From Candidatus Binatia bacterium (GTDB lineage: Bacteria > Desulfobacterota > Binatia > HRBIN30), in the NCBI GenBank assembly GCA_038245295.1, contig JBBRSP010000010.1, positions 96,001 to 160,000 of the forward strand: a stretch of 64,000 bases of DNA, written 5' to 3'. The notes beneath the pieces are model-generated. The model saw nothing but the letters and a program-made list of their open reading frames with translations. It did no database searches and was not told the DNA's origin. Each line of letters starts with the position of its first letter. The first letter of the stretch is position 1. Position numbers and translations under genes: made by a program. This document shows positions 50,712 to 61,164 of the stretch, in pieces.

Positions 50712-51614
50712 TTACCCGACGGCCTCGTCCAACGTGCGCGCTGTCAGAGCGCGTGCAGCGATGTTCTCGAGCTGTTCGATCGAGGAAGCCCGGATGCTCG
50801 CTTCGATCGCAGCGGGAACCTGACCGAATCGCAGGATCAGGAGCTTTAGCACCAAGGCGGCGCGGCCCTTGGCCTCACCGCGAACTTCACCTCGGGCCTC
50901 ACCTTCGGCTACCCCTTCGGCTCGACCCTGGGCCAACCAGCGCCGTGCATGCTCGCTTTGAGCCTCGTATTTAGTGGGGTCCATACTTTGCAGAGCCTCC
51001 GTTGCCGCTGCGCTCAACGACGCGTGTACCAAGTCAAAATACAACTTCGCGCGCTCATCGTCGAGTCCAATGCTGGCCGTCATCGCCGTTGCGGCAATCT
51101 GCGCCGCCTTGGCCGTGTCGGCGTCCTTGCCGTGCGCCATAGCCGACAACACCGCCAACTCAGGATCGTTGATGGCGCGTTGTCGGTCGGTGATCTCGGG
51201 CACGCCCGACGGCCCCAACACCAGCGGCACAAAGTGATTGCCGCCGCCGAGGTCAATGGGACGCGACGCCCAGCGTGCGACGCGATCGCTGACCGTCACC
51301 ACCAGAAGCACCACCTTGCAGCGAAAACGCGCGCGCAGTCCGGCAACGTACAGCGGCCACGAGAAACGCTTCGCCTTGCTCGGCTGCAGTTGGACCTCGA
51401 CGATAATCCCCAACACCGGTTTGCCATGGCTCAGCAACACCACCAGATCGGCACGATACTCGGCGGCCTGCAGGTTGGTGAAGTCGGCCGACTCGATGCG
51501 CACCTCGCTGTACTGCGGCAACACTTCGCACAGCGCCTCGCGCAGCAGCTCGGGCGCCAGGGCCGGTCGGTTGCGGAAAAGATACAGCAGAGCCTCGTGT
51601 TGCGGCGACGGCAT
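50712..51614 (-). CDS. Rpn-like PD-(D/E)XK protein with a C-terminal DUF4351-like domain
   Basis: YRADLVV...IIVEVQL, GRAEG repeats, LILRFG..P. Confidence 0.8.
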   Translation of the reverse strand: MPSPQHEALLYLFRNRPALAPELLREALCEVLPQYSEVRIESADFTNLQAAEYRADLVVLLSHGKPVLGIIVEVQLQPSKAKRFSWPLYVAGLRARFRCKVVLLVVTVSDRVARWASRPIDLGGGNHFVPLVLGPSGVPEITDRQRAINDPELAVLSAMAHGKDADTAKAAQIAATAMTASIGLDDERAKLYFDLVHASLSAAATEALQSMDPTKYEAQSEHARRWLAQGRAEGVAEGEARGEVRGEAKGRAALVLKLLILRFGQVPAAIEASIRASSIEQLENIAARALTARTLDEAVG

Positions 51615-51749
51615 GCATGCAAGCTACGCGATGCCGACACCACCGCAATGACTGCGCCGCATGCATCCAAGGGCGCTGACGCGGGGACGTTGTTAGAACT
51701 TTCTCAACTCTCGCGGAGCTTGCGAAAGGTCTTACCGCGTCCCGCCTCG

Positions 51750-51990
51750 GCGTCCCCTGTTCCGGCTGCGTACATGAAGATGTTGGAGTCGAGCATTACG
51801 ATCAAGGCAGCAGCCGCGCCAGATCGGGTGTCGCCTGCCGGTTCATCGCGTCGACCGTCTCTACCGGCAAACTGAGTTCCCGCAGCGCGCGCGCCGCAAC
51901 GATGCGTCTGCCTTCCCGGCTCTTCGCCGCGGTCGTAGCGCGGCTGGAATCGCCGCTCGCGACGTCGTCTTCGTGGCGGACCTCCGAAAG
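51750..51990 (-). pseudogene. Vestigial VapBC-like TA pair (antitoxin 3' part plus PIN toxin 5' end)
   Basis: IVMLDSNIFMYAAG PIN start overlapping a short upstream ORF; both truncated. Confidence 0.5.
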
Positions 51991-52019
51991 ATCGGTGTGG
52001 GCCCCCGGCACAGTGGACC

Positions 52020-52288
52020 CGCTCAAACCTCGAGGTTTTGGCGATCTGCCGTTTACAAATCGCTCGATCATCGATGATTGGCCGATCTGCGGTTTGCAAC
52101 CCGCTCAAGCCTCGAGGTTTTGGCGATCTGCCGTTTGCAACTCGCTCGATCATCGATGATTGGCCGATCTGCAATTTGCAAATCGCTCAAACCTCGAGGT
52201 TTTGGCGGTCTGCCGTTTGCAAACCGCTCGATCATCGATGATTGGCCGATTTGCAGTTTGCAAACGGCTCAAACCTCGATGTTTGGCG
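52020..52288. repeat. 82-bp tandem repeat (~3.3 copies) made of alternating 41-bp palindrome-containing subunits
   Basis: Units start at 52020, 52102, 52184 and 52266; palindromes AAACCTCGAGGTTT and ATCATCGATGAT. Confidence 0.92.
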
Positions 52289-52603
52289 CCCTGCGGACTC
52301 GCAGGCTGGCGTGATCGGCAGGCACGGCGCTTCCTTCGAACTGCGGCCGCGGGCGGCTTTCGAAAAAATTTGGGGTTCTGAAAATAGTTGGGAACGATTT
52401 ACCCCTCTGCCTGCATTAAGGGGGTAACTATGTCGCGAGTCGCCAAACGGAGCCACTGCAGTCAACCGCGCGGTGGCGACGGCGGCCTTGGCCAAGGCCG
52501 TGATGGCTCGTTCTCCCCGATCTGGATCCTCGGTGGACCGACGTAGGAGGGAAGTGACGTTGGCATCGACCCTTCAACCAGAAAGGAAAGAGGAGAGAAG
52601 ACA

Positions 52604-53314
52604 ATGGAACAACTCAACACCAAACGCGCGATGGTCGGCGATGCAATTCTCGCCAAGGCCCAGATGGTCGATACGAAGCCGATCCGGGCTCGACTGAGCA
52701 GCTTTGCCGAAACGCACCGGAGCTACTGCGCGGCGCAACGCAAGGTCGACGAGGCCGAGCGCCAACGGCTGGCGACCGACCAACGGCTCGAACAGCTCGA
52801 TACGGCCCAGATCAAGGCGATCGAGGCTCTGGCCGTGGCCCTGGTCAATGAAGGTGAGCCGCGCTCGAATCCGTTCGAACGCTTCACCACCTGCGCCCCC
52901 GGCCAGATGAAGAAGCTGCTGTACGTGGACGAAGTCAAAGCCGTGCGCGAGATCGTCGCCGCGGTCAACGACAACAAGTCGCTGCTGCCGGCGACCAAGG
53001 CCCTGGGAGACACCGCGGCGCGCGCCGCGGATGCTCTCGAAGCGGCACTGCCGGAGCTCGACGCCAGCGAGCGCAACCTCGAGACGGCCCGCCAGATGCG
53101 CGATCCGCTCGAGCGCGACTGGGACAGCAGCTACGCCGTGCTGCGCTCGATCACGCGCACCATCGGCAAGGCCGAAGCGCCGGGGCTCTTCGGGAAGCTG
53201 TTCGGCCACACCCTGCGCAACACCCATAAGGCCTCGGCGGACACCCAGCCGCCGCCCAACCCGGCGCCGTCGCCGGCGCCGACGACAACCGGCGTGACCG
53301 AGGCAATGTCATGA
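52604..53314 (+). CDS. Hypothetical alpha-helical protein with a Pro-rich tail
   Basis: Strong GAGGAG RBS; coiled-coil composition. Confidence 0.75.
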   Translation: MEQLNTKRAMVGDAILAKAQMVDTKPIRARLSSFAETHRSYCAAQRKVDEAERQRLATDQRLEQLDTAQIKAIEALAVALVNEGEPRSNPFERFTTCAPGQMKKLLYVDEVKAVREIVAAVNDNKSLLPATKALGDTAARAADALEAALPELDASERNLETARQMRDPLERDWDSSYAVLRSITRTIGKAEAPGLFGKLFGHTLRNTHKASADTQPPPNPAPSPAPTTTGVTEAMS

Positions 53315-53559
53315 AGAACCGAAAACAGAGCCTCCTGCGCCCGACGCCGATTGCGGCGAAGAGGCCTCGCCGGCCAAGCCGCACTTCACCGCGCGTCGCC
53401 ACCCTGGCCGGAAAGACGCTCAGCGATGAGCACGCGTCGAAGAAGGCCAAGACCCTAGCTGCATCGGCTTTGGCACAATCCGCCTTCGCCAAGCCTACGG
53501 CGGACAAGTCGGCACTCCGCAAACCGGTGCGACCCAACCGCAAGTCGCGTGCGGCGTAG
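53311..53559 (+). CDS. Small basic hypothetical protein
   Basis: ATGA overlap with the upstream gene; TSPRVATLAGKTL...KTLAASALAQ. Confidence 0.55.
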   Translation: MKNRKQSLLRPTPIAAKRPRRPSRTSPRVATLAGKTLSDEHASKKAKTLAASALAQSAFAKPTADKSALRKPVRPNRKSRAA

Positions 53560-53838
53560 TCCGAAAGCCTGGCTGTCCCCTCCGTGCAGCAACACCGACG
53601 GCACCCGTGCTGCATGGAGGGCGACACCCCTTCGCCAAGGCTTCGTGCCTCAAAAAAGAGAACCGAATGTTACACAACGTCGCCCCATATCCCGACCAAT
53701 CCACTCCAACAGGAGCGTCTCCCGCCTGCGCTGGAGCTGCGGCGGGCAAGCGAGCCGCCCGGTTATGCCGACCGGGCGGTTTCTCCACCTCCTGCGGCGC
53801 TTGGCTTCCGATTCCGAATCGCGGTAGGATCGCCGGTG

Positions 53839-54375
53839 ATGCCACCAGAAGGGGGGGACATCGACCTCGTTGCACGTGTGAACGGGGGCGACGTGGCGGC
53901 GTTCGATCTCATTGTCGGGCGCTACTACGAATGGGTGCGCCTGCAGGCGTACCGCCAACTCTACGATTCCGAAGAGGCGAACGACGTGGCGCAGGAGACG
54001 TTCCTCTATCTCTATCGTCGCTTCCCCGGCTTCGAGCTGACCTCGGCTCTGAAGACGCTGCTGTACTCCACACTCGAAGGTCTGTGCCAGCGTCGCCGCG
54101 AGCGCGGCAAACGCACCGTGGAATTCGACGAGGAGACGGGGTCGCAATCCGCAGCCCACGAGGCCCACGGCGACAGCCACGATGCGGAGACGCTCGTGGC
54201 ACAGCTCTCCGCCGAGCAGCGCAACCTGCTGAGGCTGCGCTACAGCGACGATCTCAGCGTGCCGCAACTGTCGGAGATGCTCAGCGTGCCCGAAGGCACC
54301 ATCAAGTCGCGCCTCGCACGCGCCACCGACACGCTGCGCGATCTCGCCGGCGTGCCGATGCGGAGGCGGGCGTGA
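53839..54375 (+). CDS. ECF (sigma70 group 4) sigma factor
   Basis: GDVAAFD, ANDVAQETF, LSVPEGTIKSRLARA. Confidence 0.9.
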   Translation: MPPEGGDIDLVARVNGGDVAAFDLIVGRYYEWVRLQAYRQLYDSEEANDVAQETFLYLYRRFPGFELTSALKTLLYSTLEGLCQRRRERGKRTVEFDEETGSQSAAHEAHGDSHDAETLVAQLSAEQRNLLRLRYSDDLSVPQLSEMLSVPEGTIKSRLARATDTLRDLAGVPMRRRA

Positions 54376-54418
54376 GAATTTTCATGACTCCATGGGTGCA
54401 GCGCGGCAGAGGGCGGTG

Positions 54419-55177
54419 ATGGAAGAACGTCTGCATCCCGACTACGGCGAGATTGAGGCCTACCGCACGGGCGAGGCCGAGCCAGCCATGGCGGCGCATA
54501 TCTCTCAGTGCAGCGAGTGCCTCGCGGCGCTCGAGGAGCTGAAGGCCGTCGCCGAGCTGCTGCGCGACGAGCCACCGCTGCCGCCGCTCTCCGAACAACG
54601 CAAACAGCAGCTAGCCGCGATGGTGCGCGACGAAGGCGCCCGCGTGCGCCGCGAGCTTGGCTTGTGGGACATGACGGGTCACCCCGACAACGCCGACCTC
54701 TCCATGCACCTGCGCGGCGAGGCCGATGCGGCGGTGGCCCAACACGTCGAGCAGTGTGAGGAGTGCCAGATCGGGCTCGCGGAGATCGCGGAGATTGCGG
54801 CGCTTTTGAAAAAGGAATTGGCGCGGGCTGGGGGCAGCCCGTCTCCAATGCCGGAGCACGTCGACCAGAAGATTCGCTTCGAAGCGCGACGCCACGCCGC
54901 CCGCGTGCGCCGCGAGCTGCGCCTGGCGGCGATGCGGCGCTGGGCCATTGCCGCGGCGATCGTGCTCAGCGCCGGGGGGCTGCTGATTTGGCGGCAGATG
55001 GAGCGCGGCACACCAGCGGCGGCGCCCCGCGTCGATATCGTCGATGCCCTGATCGCCTCGTACGGCAGCGCCACGGCGCCGGTGGGCGCTAGCTATGACG
55101 TCAACGGCGATGGCCGTATCGATGACGACGATGTCGACGGCCTCGCCCGGCGCGCCGTGATAGTGGGGAACGTGTAA
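54419..55177 (+). CDS. Anti-sigma factor with two HxxxCxxC domains, a TM helix and a C-terminal dockerin/EF-hand-like motif
   Basis: HISQCSEC, HVEQCEEC; WAIAAAIVLSAGGLLIW; DVNGDGRIDDDD. Confidence 0.85.
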   Translation: MEERLHPDYGEIEAYRTGEAEPAMAAHISQCSECLAALEELKAVAELLRDEPPLPPLSEQRKQQLAAMVRDEGARVRRELGLWDMTGHPDNADLSMHLRGEADAAVAQHVEQCEECQIGLAEIAEIAALLKKELARAGGSPSPMPEHVDQKIRFEARRHAARVRRELRLAAMRRWAIAAAIVLSAGGLLIWRQMERGTPAAAPRVDIVDALIASYGSATAPVGASYDVNGDGRIDDDDVDGLARRAVIVGNV

Positions 55178-55656
55178 TGACGCCCGAACCCCGACGCCCG
55201 ACGCCCGCCCCCCGACCCGCGACCACGCTGTTGTTCGCGCTCCTGCTTGCGGCAGCCTTGCCGCTCAATGCCATTGCCGAGGCGACCGCGACGCCGGCGT
55301 CGCGCTTCGTCACCGTCGGCATCGTTGTCGATAGCGGCAAGGATGATCTGGCGGCGTATCAGGTGGAAGTCGTCACCACCGGCACGGCGCAGTTCGTCGG
55401 CGTCGCCGGCGGCGAGCATCCGGCGTACGCTGCGCCGCCGTACTTTGATCCGGCGGCGATCCGCAGCGGCAATCGCGTCATCGTCGCCGCTTTCAGCCGC
55501 GACACCAATCTGCCCACGGGGGCCACGAAAGTCGCCGAGCTGCAGGTGCGCGAGGTCGGCCCGGTCACCTACACGGCGCGCCTGATGGCCGCGGCGCGCC
55601 CCGATCTGTCGCGCTTCACGCCAACGGTCCGGCTCGTCGTCGGAGGACAGCAATGA
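55177..55656 (+). CDS. Exported beta-sandwich protein, cohesin-like
   Basis: Signal peptide; VGIVVDSG..LAAYQVEV...G...VAELQV pattern. Confidence 0.6.
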   Translation: MTPEPRRPTPAPRPATTLLFALLLAAALPLNAIAEATATPASRFVTVGIVVDSGKDDLAAYQVEVVTTGTAQFVGVAGGEHPAYAAPPYFDPAAIRSGNRVIVAAFSRDTNLPTGATKVAELQVREVGPVTYTARLMAAARPDLSRFTPTVRLVVGGQQ

Positions 55657-57665
55657 GCGTATGGAGTTGTGAGCTTGATCGCATCCGCATCACCCACTGC
55701 CGGCCGACTGCCGTCTACCGACTACCGTCCACCGTGTCGCGTGCCGGAATCCCAACCCTACTTGCCATGGCCATGCTCGGGCTCGCCGCCTGTACTCCGT
55801 TCGAACGCCCGGGCAATCGCCTGCAGGTTGCGCCGCCGCCAACGGCCACGCCGGCGGCGCCGTTGGTGCCGGCGTTACGCACGGGCGCCGAGGAGGTGTG
55901 GATCGTCGCGCGCACCGCGCCCGCAGCGCCGCCGACCGGCGCGGCGCCGCAGGTGCCCGCCCTGCCCTACCTGCAGGTTCGCGATGACGGCGCCGTCTTG
56001 CCGCTGCAGCACACCACCGTGCACGCCGCGGTGGCCGGGCACGTCGCCAGCGTCGATCTGCGCCAGCGCTTCCATAATGCCGGCGCGCCAGCGGTCGAAG
56101 CGGAGTACGTCTTCGCCCTGCCGCTCGACGCCGCGGTCGACGATTTCGTCATCACCATCGGCACGCGCACCATTCGCGGCTACATTCGCGAGCGCTCCGA
56201 GGCCGAGGTGATCTACGCCGACGCCAGGAAGCAAGGCCGGCGGGCCTTCCTGCTCACTCAGGAGCGGCCGGGCGTATTCCGGCAGGCGGTGGCCAACATC
56301 GCTGCGGGGCAGACGGTGGATGTCAGCCTGACCTACTTCCACACGCTGTCCTATCGTGATGGCGAGCTCGAGTGGCTGTTCCCGATGCGCGACGCGGCGG
56401 CGGCAAGCTCCATCGAGCTGAGCGCCGACATCGATGCCGGCGCGCCGATCGCCACGGTCCACAGCCCATCGCACCAGATCGTCGTCGAGCGCCCGAACCC
56501 CGAACGCGCTCGCGTGCAGTTGGCGCCACAAGAAGGTCGCAGCGCCGCCGACTTCGTGCTGCGCTTCGGCACCGCGGGCGACGATGTGAGATTCGGCCTG
56601 CTGACGCATCGCGATGCGCGTGGCGGGTTCTTCTCGTTGCTCTTGCAGCCGCCGGCCGACATCAGCCGCGTGCCGCGCCAAGCGCTCGAGCTGATCGCCA
56701 TTGCCGACTGCTCGGCCAGGATGGCGGGGGCGCCGATGGCCGGCGTGCGCGCGGCGATCAAGCAGGCTCTGCGCCAGCTCGACGACGGCGATCGTTTCAA
56801 CCTGCACTGCTCGACGGAGAGCTGGCCGTTTGCCGATCAGGCGCGGCCGGCCGATGCGGCGGGGCGCGCTGCCGCCATTGCCTGGATCGAGAGCCAGAAC
56901 GGCAACGGCAGCAGCCCTCTGCGCGAGGCTCTACGCGCCGCTCTCGCGGCACCGCCCGATCCGTCGCGCCGGCGTGTGGTGATGCTGCTCGGCGACGGGC
57001 GCAGCGACGACGACGGCGCGCTGGCAGGCGTGGTGCGCGAGCAGCGCAGCGCGGCGCGTATCCTCAGCGTCGCGATCGGTGCGGTGGTCGATGTCCACGA
57101 GCTCGTCGAGGTGGCTCGGCTCGGGCGCGGCGCTGTGGCGCAAGGCTTCACCGGCGCGCAAACCTGGGCTGAGATCGACGCGTTCATCGGCGTATTCTTG
57201 GAGGGTGTTCGGCGCCCGGTGCTGAGCGATCTCGAGATCGACTCGGACGGGCTCGAGCTTGCCGACCTCCACCCGGCGCAGTTGCCCGACCTGTTGGCCG
57301 GACGGCCGCTGGTGGTGACTGGGCGCTTCCGCGGCAACGGCCCCGCCGTCGTTCGCATTCATGGAAACGCGGCTGGTGCGGCGACGGCGGCCGGCAACGC
57401 CGGCGCAGAGCGCCGCAGCTTGACGCTGAAACTGAGCCCGGCCGAGTTGGCGCAGACCCATCCGGCGCTCGCCACCCTGTGGGCGCGGGCCAGTATCGCC
57501 GCACTGGAATACCGCGGGCTCGACCAGGCGGAGACATCTGGCGGCGATGGCACGTCGGTCTCCGCCGTCGTCGAGCAGATCAGGAATTTGGGGCTCGACT
57601 ATCACATCGTCTCGACCGCCACGGCATTCATCGCGATCGACGCGCGGGCGCAGGCCGAGGAATGA
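55653..57665 (+). CDS. VIT + vWA domain (lipo)protein
   Basis: LGLAAC lipobox; LPLQHTTVHA...QRFHN...EAEYVFALP (VIT); DCSARM, LLGDG (degenerate MIDAS). Confidence 0.88.
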   Translation: MSVWSCELDRIRITHCRPTAVYRLPSTVSRAGIPTLLAMAMLGLAACTPFERPGNRLQVAPPPTATPAAPLVPALRTGAEEVWIVARTAPAAPPTGAAPQVPALPYLQVRDDGAVLPLQHTTVHAAVAGHVASVDLRQRFHNAGAPAVEAEYVFALPLDAAVDDFVITIGTRTIRGYIRERSEAEVIYADARKQGRRAFLLTQERPGVFRQAVANIAAGQTVDVSLTYFHTLSYRDGELEWLFPMRDAAAASSIELSADIDAGAPIATVHSPSHQIVVERPNPERARVQLAPQEGRSAADFVLRFGTAGDDVRFGLLTHRDARGGFFSLLLQPPADISRVPRQALELIAIADCSARMAGAPMAGVRAAIKQALRQLDDGDRFNLHCSTESWPFADQARPADAAGRAAAIAWIESQNGNGSSPLREALRAALAAPPDPSRRRVVMLLGDGRSDDDGALAGVVREQRSAARILSVAIGAVVDVHELVEVARLGRGAVAQGFTGAQTWAEIDAFIGVFLEGVRRPVLSDLEIDSDGLELADLHPAQLPDLLAGRPLVVTGRFRGNGPAVVRIHGNAAGAATAAGNAGAERRSLTLKLSPAELAQTHPALATLWARASIAALEYRGLDQAETSGGDGTSVSAVVEQIRNLGLDYHIVSTATAFIAIDARAQAEE

Positions 57666-58276
57666 TCGTGAGGTGGAAAAGACAAGCCCTGATCTTGCGC
57701 ACGTTGGCGTTCGCCGGGGCGCTGATTGCGGCGGCCGGTTGCTACACCGTCGACGCCGCCGGGCAACGCATTTTCTGGCGCGATGACGCCGGCGGATCGG
57801 CGCACCGGGGATACGTCGACTTTCACCTTGCCGCCGACTCTGAGCTGAGCGACGGGGTTGTGGTCAGTCGCCCCGGGTGGTGGGCGCTACAGGAGATGGG
57901 TTTGGGGATCGTGCCAGACAGCCTGCTGTTCCCGGCGGCGCAACGCGGCCAGCCGATCCACAGCCGCGTTGCCGTCGAGGCCGGCATTGCCGCCTTCGAG
58001 CTGCACCTGCAGCCGCGCCCCGGCATCACGGCGCCGCGGCGCACGATCGAGGTGCCGGTGGAGGAAGGGATGCTCACCGTCGTTGCGGTCCGAGCCGTGA
58101 CCAGCGGCGTGATCTACCCCCAGAACGCGCCGGTCAGCCTCAAGACCATCCGATCCGGCGGCGCCTGGCTGACCTACGACCTAGAGGTACAGATCTCACC
58201 GCCACTGCGTTTGTCTTTGGCAAATGATGCAACGCCTGAAGTCGGCGTTAAAGCTGATCGTACCAAGGGCGATTGA
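57662..58276 (+). CDS. Hypothetical lipoprotein
   Basis: ATGA overlap at 57662; IAAAGC lipobox. Confidence 0.6.
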   Translation: MIVRWKRQALILRTLAFAGALIAAAGCYTVDAAGQRIFWRDDAGGSAHRGYVDFHLAADSELSDGVVVSRPGWWALQEMGLGIVPDSLLFPAAQRGQPIHSRVAVEAGIAAFELHLQPRPGITAPRRTIEVPVEEGMLTVVAVRAVTSGVIYPQNAPVSLKTIRSGGAWLTYDLEVQISPPLRLSLANDATPEVGVKADRTKGD

Positions 58277-58390
58277 ACTCCTGAGCCTTTGCCGAAGCCC
58301 GAGCCTTCAGCCTCAGCCGTCAAAGGCTTCCGCCTCCGCCCGGCTACGGTGGACGAGGAGGCACGGGCGTAGGCTGAGGCTGAGGATGAA

Positions 58391-58464
58391 TGGTCGCACC
58401 TGGACTCGAACCAGGGACCTCCTGCATGTGAGGCAGGCGCTCTAACCGTCTGAGCTATGCGACC
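58391..58464 (-). tRNA. tRNA-Val(CAC), CCA not encoded
   Basis: Cloverleaf: GGTCGCA/TGCGACC acceptor stem, CCTGC-CTCACAT-GCAGG anticodon arm, CCTGG-TTCGAGT-CCAGG T arm. Confidence 0.97.
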
Positions 58465-58728
58465 GCGAACCATTTGGCCAGGTGGCCATTTGGTCGGTTT
58501 GCCATCTGACTTTGTGGCCGCGGGGCCAGTTGGTCATTTGGCAGAGGGCGCGAGGTAACACACGGCTCAGGGGGCTTCAAGATTCATCCTTCGCCTACGC
58601 CATTGCCTGTGCCTTCGCCTGTTCCCATCGTCCGGCCCTCACCCCGACCCTCTCCCACCGGCGGCGTGCTCGCTCGGAGTGGGAGAGGGGCGCTTTGGGG
58701 GCGTCAGGAGAATTCTTGACGCACCGCG

Positions 58729-58756
58729 TTGACATAACGACGCAGCGCGTTATTAT
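58729..58756 (+). promoter_or_regulatory. Sigma70-type promoter with an ATAACG-N8-CGTTAT inverted repeat
   Basis: TTGACA, 16 bp spacer, TATTAT, upstream of the AAGGAGG RBS. Confidence 0.65.
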
Positions 58757-58781
58757 GGGTTCTGCAAGGAGGCAACACGCA

Positions 58782-59363
58782 ATGGCAACCAAGGCAAAGA
58801 AGAAGATGGTGAAGAAGGCTCCGATGGTCACGACGCGGGCCGAGAAGATCCGCAAGGATGTCGAGAAGCAGGTACGCGAGGGTTTGGACCGCGCGATCAA
58901 CTTGCTGCCGCCTGTGCCGCGTAAGGCGGTGAAGGACGCGACGGTCAACGTCGAGAAGTTCCGCAAGACGGCTGAGAAGCAAGTGCGCCAGGGGCTCGCC
59001 GAGGCGACGGCCAACGTCGGCAAGCTGCGCAAGACGGCCGAGAAGCAGGTGCGTCAGGGGATCGATCAGGCGATTGGCATGATCCCGCCGGCGCAGAAAA
59101 AGGCTTTCAAGACCGCCACCACCAACTTGGCGACCGCTCGCAAGGATTTCCGCAAGCGTGCCGAGAAGCTGGTCGCCGAAGTGCAAGATCGTACCGAGAC
59201 CATCGTTGGTGACGTTCAGGAACGTTTCGCCAAAGTGGTCGAGCCGGTCACGCGTCGCCTCGATGTTGCTAGCCGCGCCGATGTCGAGCGTTTGCGCACG
59301 CGTCTCGACCACATCGAGCGCCGCATCGAGTCGCAGCTGCGTTCGACCCGCTCGGCCGCTTAA
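58782..59363 (+). CDS. Phasin/PHA-granule-associated-like amphipathic helical protein
   Basis: 22-aa repeats (KTAEKQVRQG); C-terminal RLDVASRADVERLRTRLD motif. Confidence 0.65.
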   Translation: MATKAKKKMVKKAPMVTTRAEKIRKDVEKQVREGLDRAINLLPPVPRKAVKDATVNVEKFRKTAEKQVRQGLAEATANVGKLRKTAEKQVRQGIDQAIGMIPPAQKKAFKTATTNLATARKDFRKRAEKLVAEVQDRTETIVGDVQERFAKVVEPVTRRLDVASRADVERLRTRLDHIERRIESQLRSTRSAA

Positions 59364-59495
59364 TCTCTACCTCGCGCCCCGCGGCATCGCCCTTCGACAC
59401 CATGCGAAGAAGGGGCGCGAGTCGACTTTCTACAAGGGGCAGGGGTATCACGGCCTGGAGGTCGGGCAACCGATCTCCAGCCCCGTGCCTTCTGG

Positions 59496-61067
59496 TCAGC
59501 GCCGTTTGCCCCATCCGCCCCCGCCGGGCGTCTCGATGCGGATGCGTTCTCCCGACTTCACATCGACACTGACCTTGCCGGGCAACATCTCCGCCCGCCC
59601 ACGGCGGATCAGACTATTCTTGCCGCGCTTCCCATCAGCACCACCGCGTAATCCGTAGGGCGCTAGAACGCGTCGCTCACTCAGCAACGTCACGCGTGCC
59701 GACGCCAAATACTCGACCTCGCGAATCACCCCGTCGCCGCCGCGATGCTCGCCGGCGCCACCGGAGCCGGCGCGGATGCCGTAGTGGGTGACTCGCACCG
59801 GTAGACTCGCCTCGAGCGCCTCGATCGGCGTGTTCAGGGTATTGGTCATGTGCGTGTGTACCGCGCTGGCGCCGTCGCCTAGTGGGCCCGCGCCGGCACC
59901 GCCGGCGATGGTTTCGTAGTACGCGAACTGTGTCGCGTCCCGATCGGCGCGTGTGCCACCGAACGAGAAGTTGTTCATCGTCCCCTGGCTCGCCGCCGGC
60001 ACACGTTGCGGCGCCGCTTTGGCTAAGGCGCACAGCAATACGTCGACGATACGCTGCGACGTTTCGACGTTGCCGCCCGCCACCGCGGCCGGGAACGCCG
60101 CGTTGACGATGCTGCGCGGTGGCACGGTGATCCGGATCGGCCGCATGACACCGGCGTTCGACGGGATCGGCACGCGACTGAGGATCTGGACCGTGTACAA
60201 CACACTCGCCACCGTCACCGCGTAGTTGGCGTTCACACCTCCCGGCACCTGCGGCGATGAGCCGGTGAAATCGACGTGTACTTCGCCGTTGCCGAGCTTC
60301 ACACGGACACGAATTGGAATGCGCCGCGCCGCGAAGCCATCGTCGTCGAGGTAGTCGACGGCTCGATAGGTCCCGGCGCGCAACTCACCGAGCGCCGCGC
60401 GCATCAAGCGCTCCGAGTAGTCCTTCAGACCGCGCATCGCTGCCTGCACGGGTTGGCGGCCGGTGCCATCCACCAACTCGACCATGCGTCGGGCGCCGAA
60501 ACGCAAGGCGGCGAGCTGGGCCAGGAGATCGCCGCGGCGCTCCTCCGTGACACGTGTGTTGGCGAGGAAGAGCTGCATGACGTCGCGTGCCACGACTCCG
60601 GCACGCACCAGATGAACCGGCGGCAGGCGCAGTCCTTCCTGGTAGATCTCGGTTGCCAGAGCCATCGAGCCGGGGCTGCCGCCGCCGATGTCGGCATGAT
60701 GGGCGCGGTTGGCGACGTAGGCGAACGGCCGCCGCCCGCCCGGGAGAAACACCGGCGCGACGACGGTAACGTCGGGCAGGTGGGTTCCGCCCGCGAACGG
60801 ATCGTTCAGCATCACCACATCGCCGGCGTCCATCGGCAACGCGTCGATCGCGGCGCGCACCGAGAGGGCCGTCGAGCCCAGATGCACGGGGATGTGCGCC
60901 GCCTGCGCCACGAGCTCGCCGCCGGCATCGAACAACGCACACGAGAAATCACGGCGCTCCTTGATGTTCGCCGAGAAGGCGCTGCGGCACAGGGCAACGC
61001 CCATCTCCTCGGCGATGGCCGCAAAGCGGTGGTTGAAGATCTGGAGATCGATCGGGTTGAGGGTCAT
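59496..61067 (-). CDS. Hydantoinase B / oxoprolinase subunit
   Basis: [49 protein letters not shown]. Confidence 0.93.
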   Translation of the reverse strand: MTLNPIDLQIFNHRFAAIAEEMGVALCRSAFSANIKERRDFSCALFDAGGELVAQAAHIPVHLGSTALSVRAAIDALPMDAGDVVMLNDPFAGGTHLPDVTVVAPVFLPGGRRPFAYVANRAHHADIGGGSPGSMALATEIYQEGLRLPPVHLVRAGVVARDVMQLFLANTRVTEERRGDLLAQLAALRFGARRMVELVDGTGRQPVQAAMRGLKDYSERLMRAALGELRAGTYRAVDYLDDDGFAARRIPIRVRVKLGNGEVHVDFTGSSPQVPGGVNANYAVTVASVLYTVQILSRVPIPSNAGVMRPIRITVPPRSIVNAAFPAAVAGGNVETSQRIVDVLLCALAKAAPQRVPAASQGTMNNFSFGGTRADRDATQFAYYETIAGGAGAGPLGDGASAVHTHMTNTLNTPIEALEASLPVRVTHYGIRAGSGGAGEHRGGDGVIREVEYLASARVTLLSERRVLAPYGLRGGADGKRGKNSLIRRGRAEMLPGKVSVDVKSGERIRIETPGGGGWGKRR

Positions 61068-61164
61068 GTTAGAGCCTTCGTCCTGGCGAAGGAGTTTTGT
61101 TGGCAAGCTGACAAACCGGCTTCGACGGGCTCAGCCTGAGCGGTTGATGGGTTGAGATCATGAA

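Larger units (their letters stand above)
8761..58433. mobile_element. tRNA-Val-integrated genomic (defence) island, ~50 kb, integrase not found
   Basis: Flanking tRNA 3'-half direct repeats; content of TA modules, IS relics and defence genes. Confidence 0.75.

Noticed and set aside
52020..52288. Palindromic repeats as a CRISPR array
   Set aside because: The intervening segments are themselves repeated, there are no unique spacers, and no cas genes are present.
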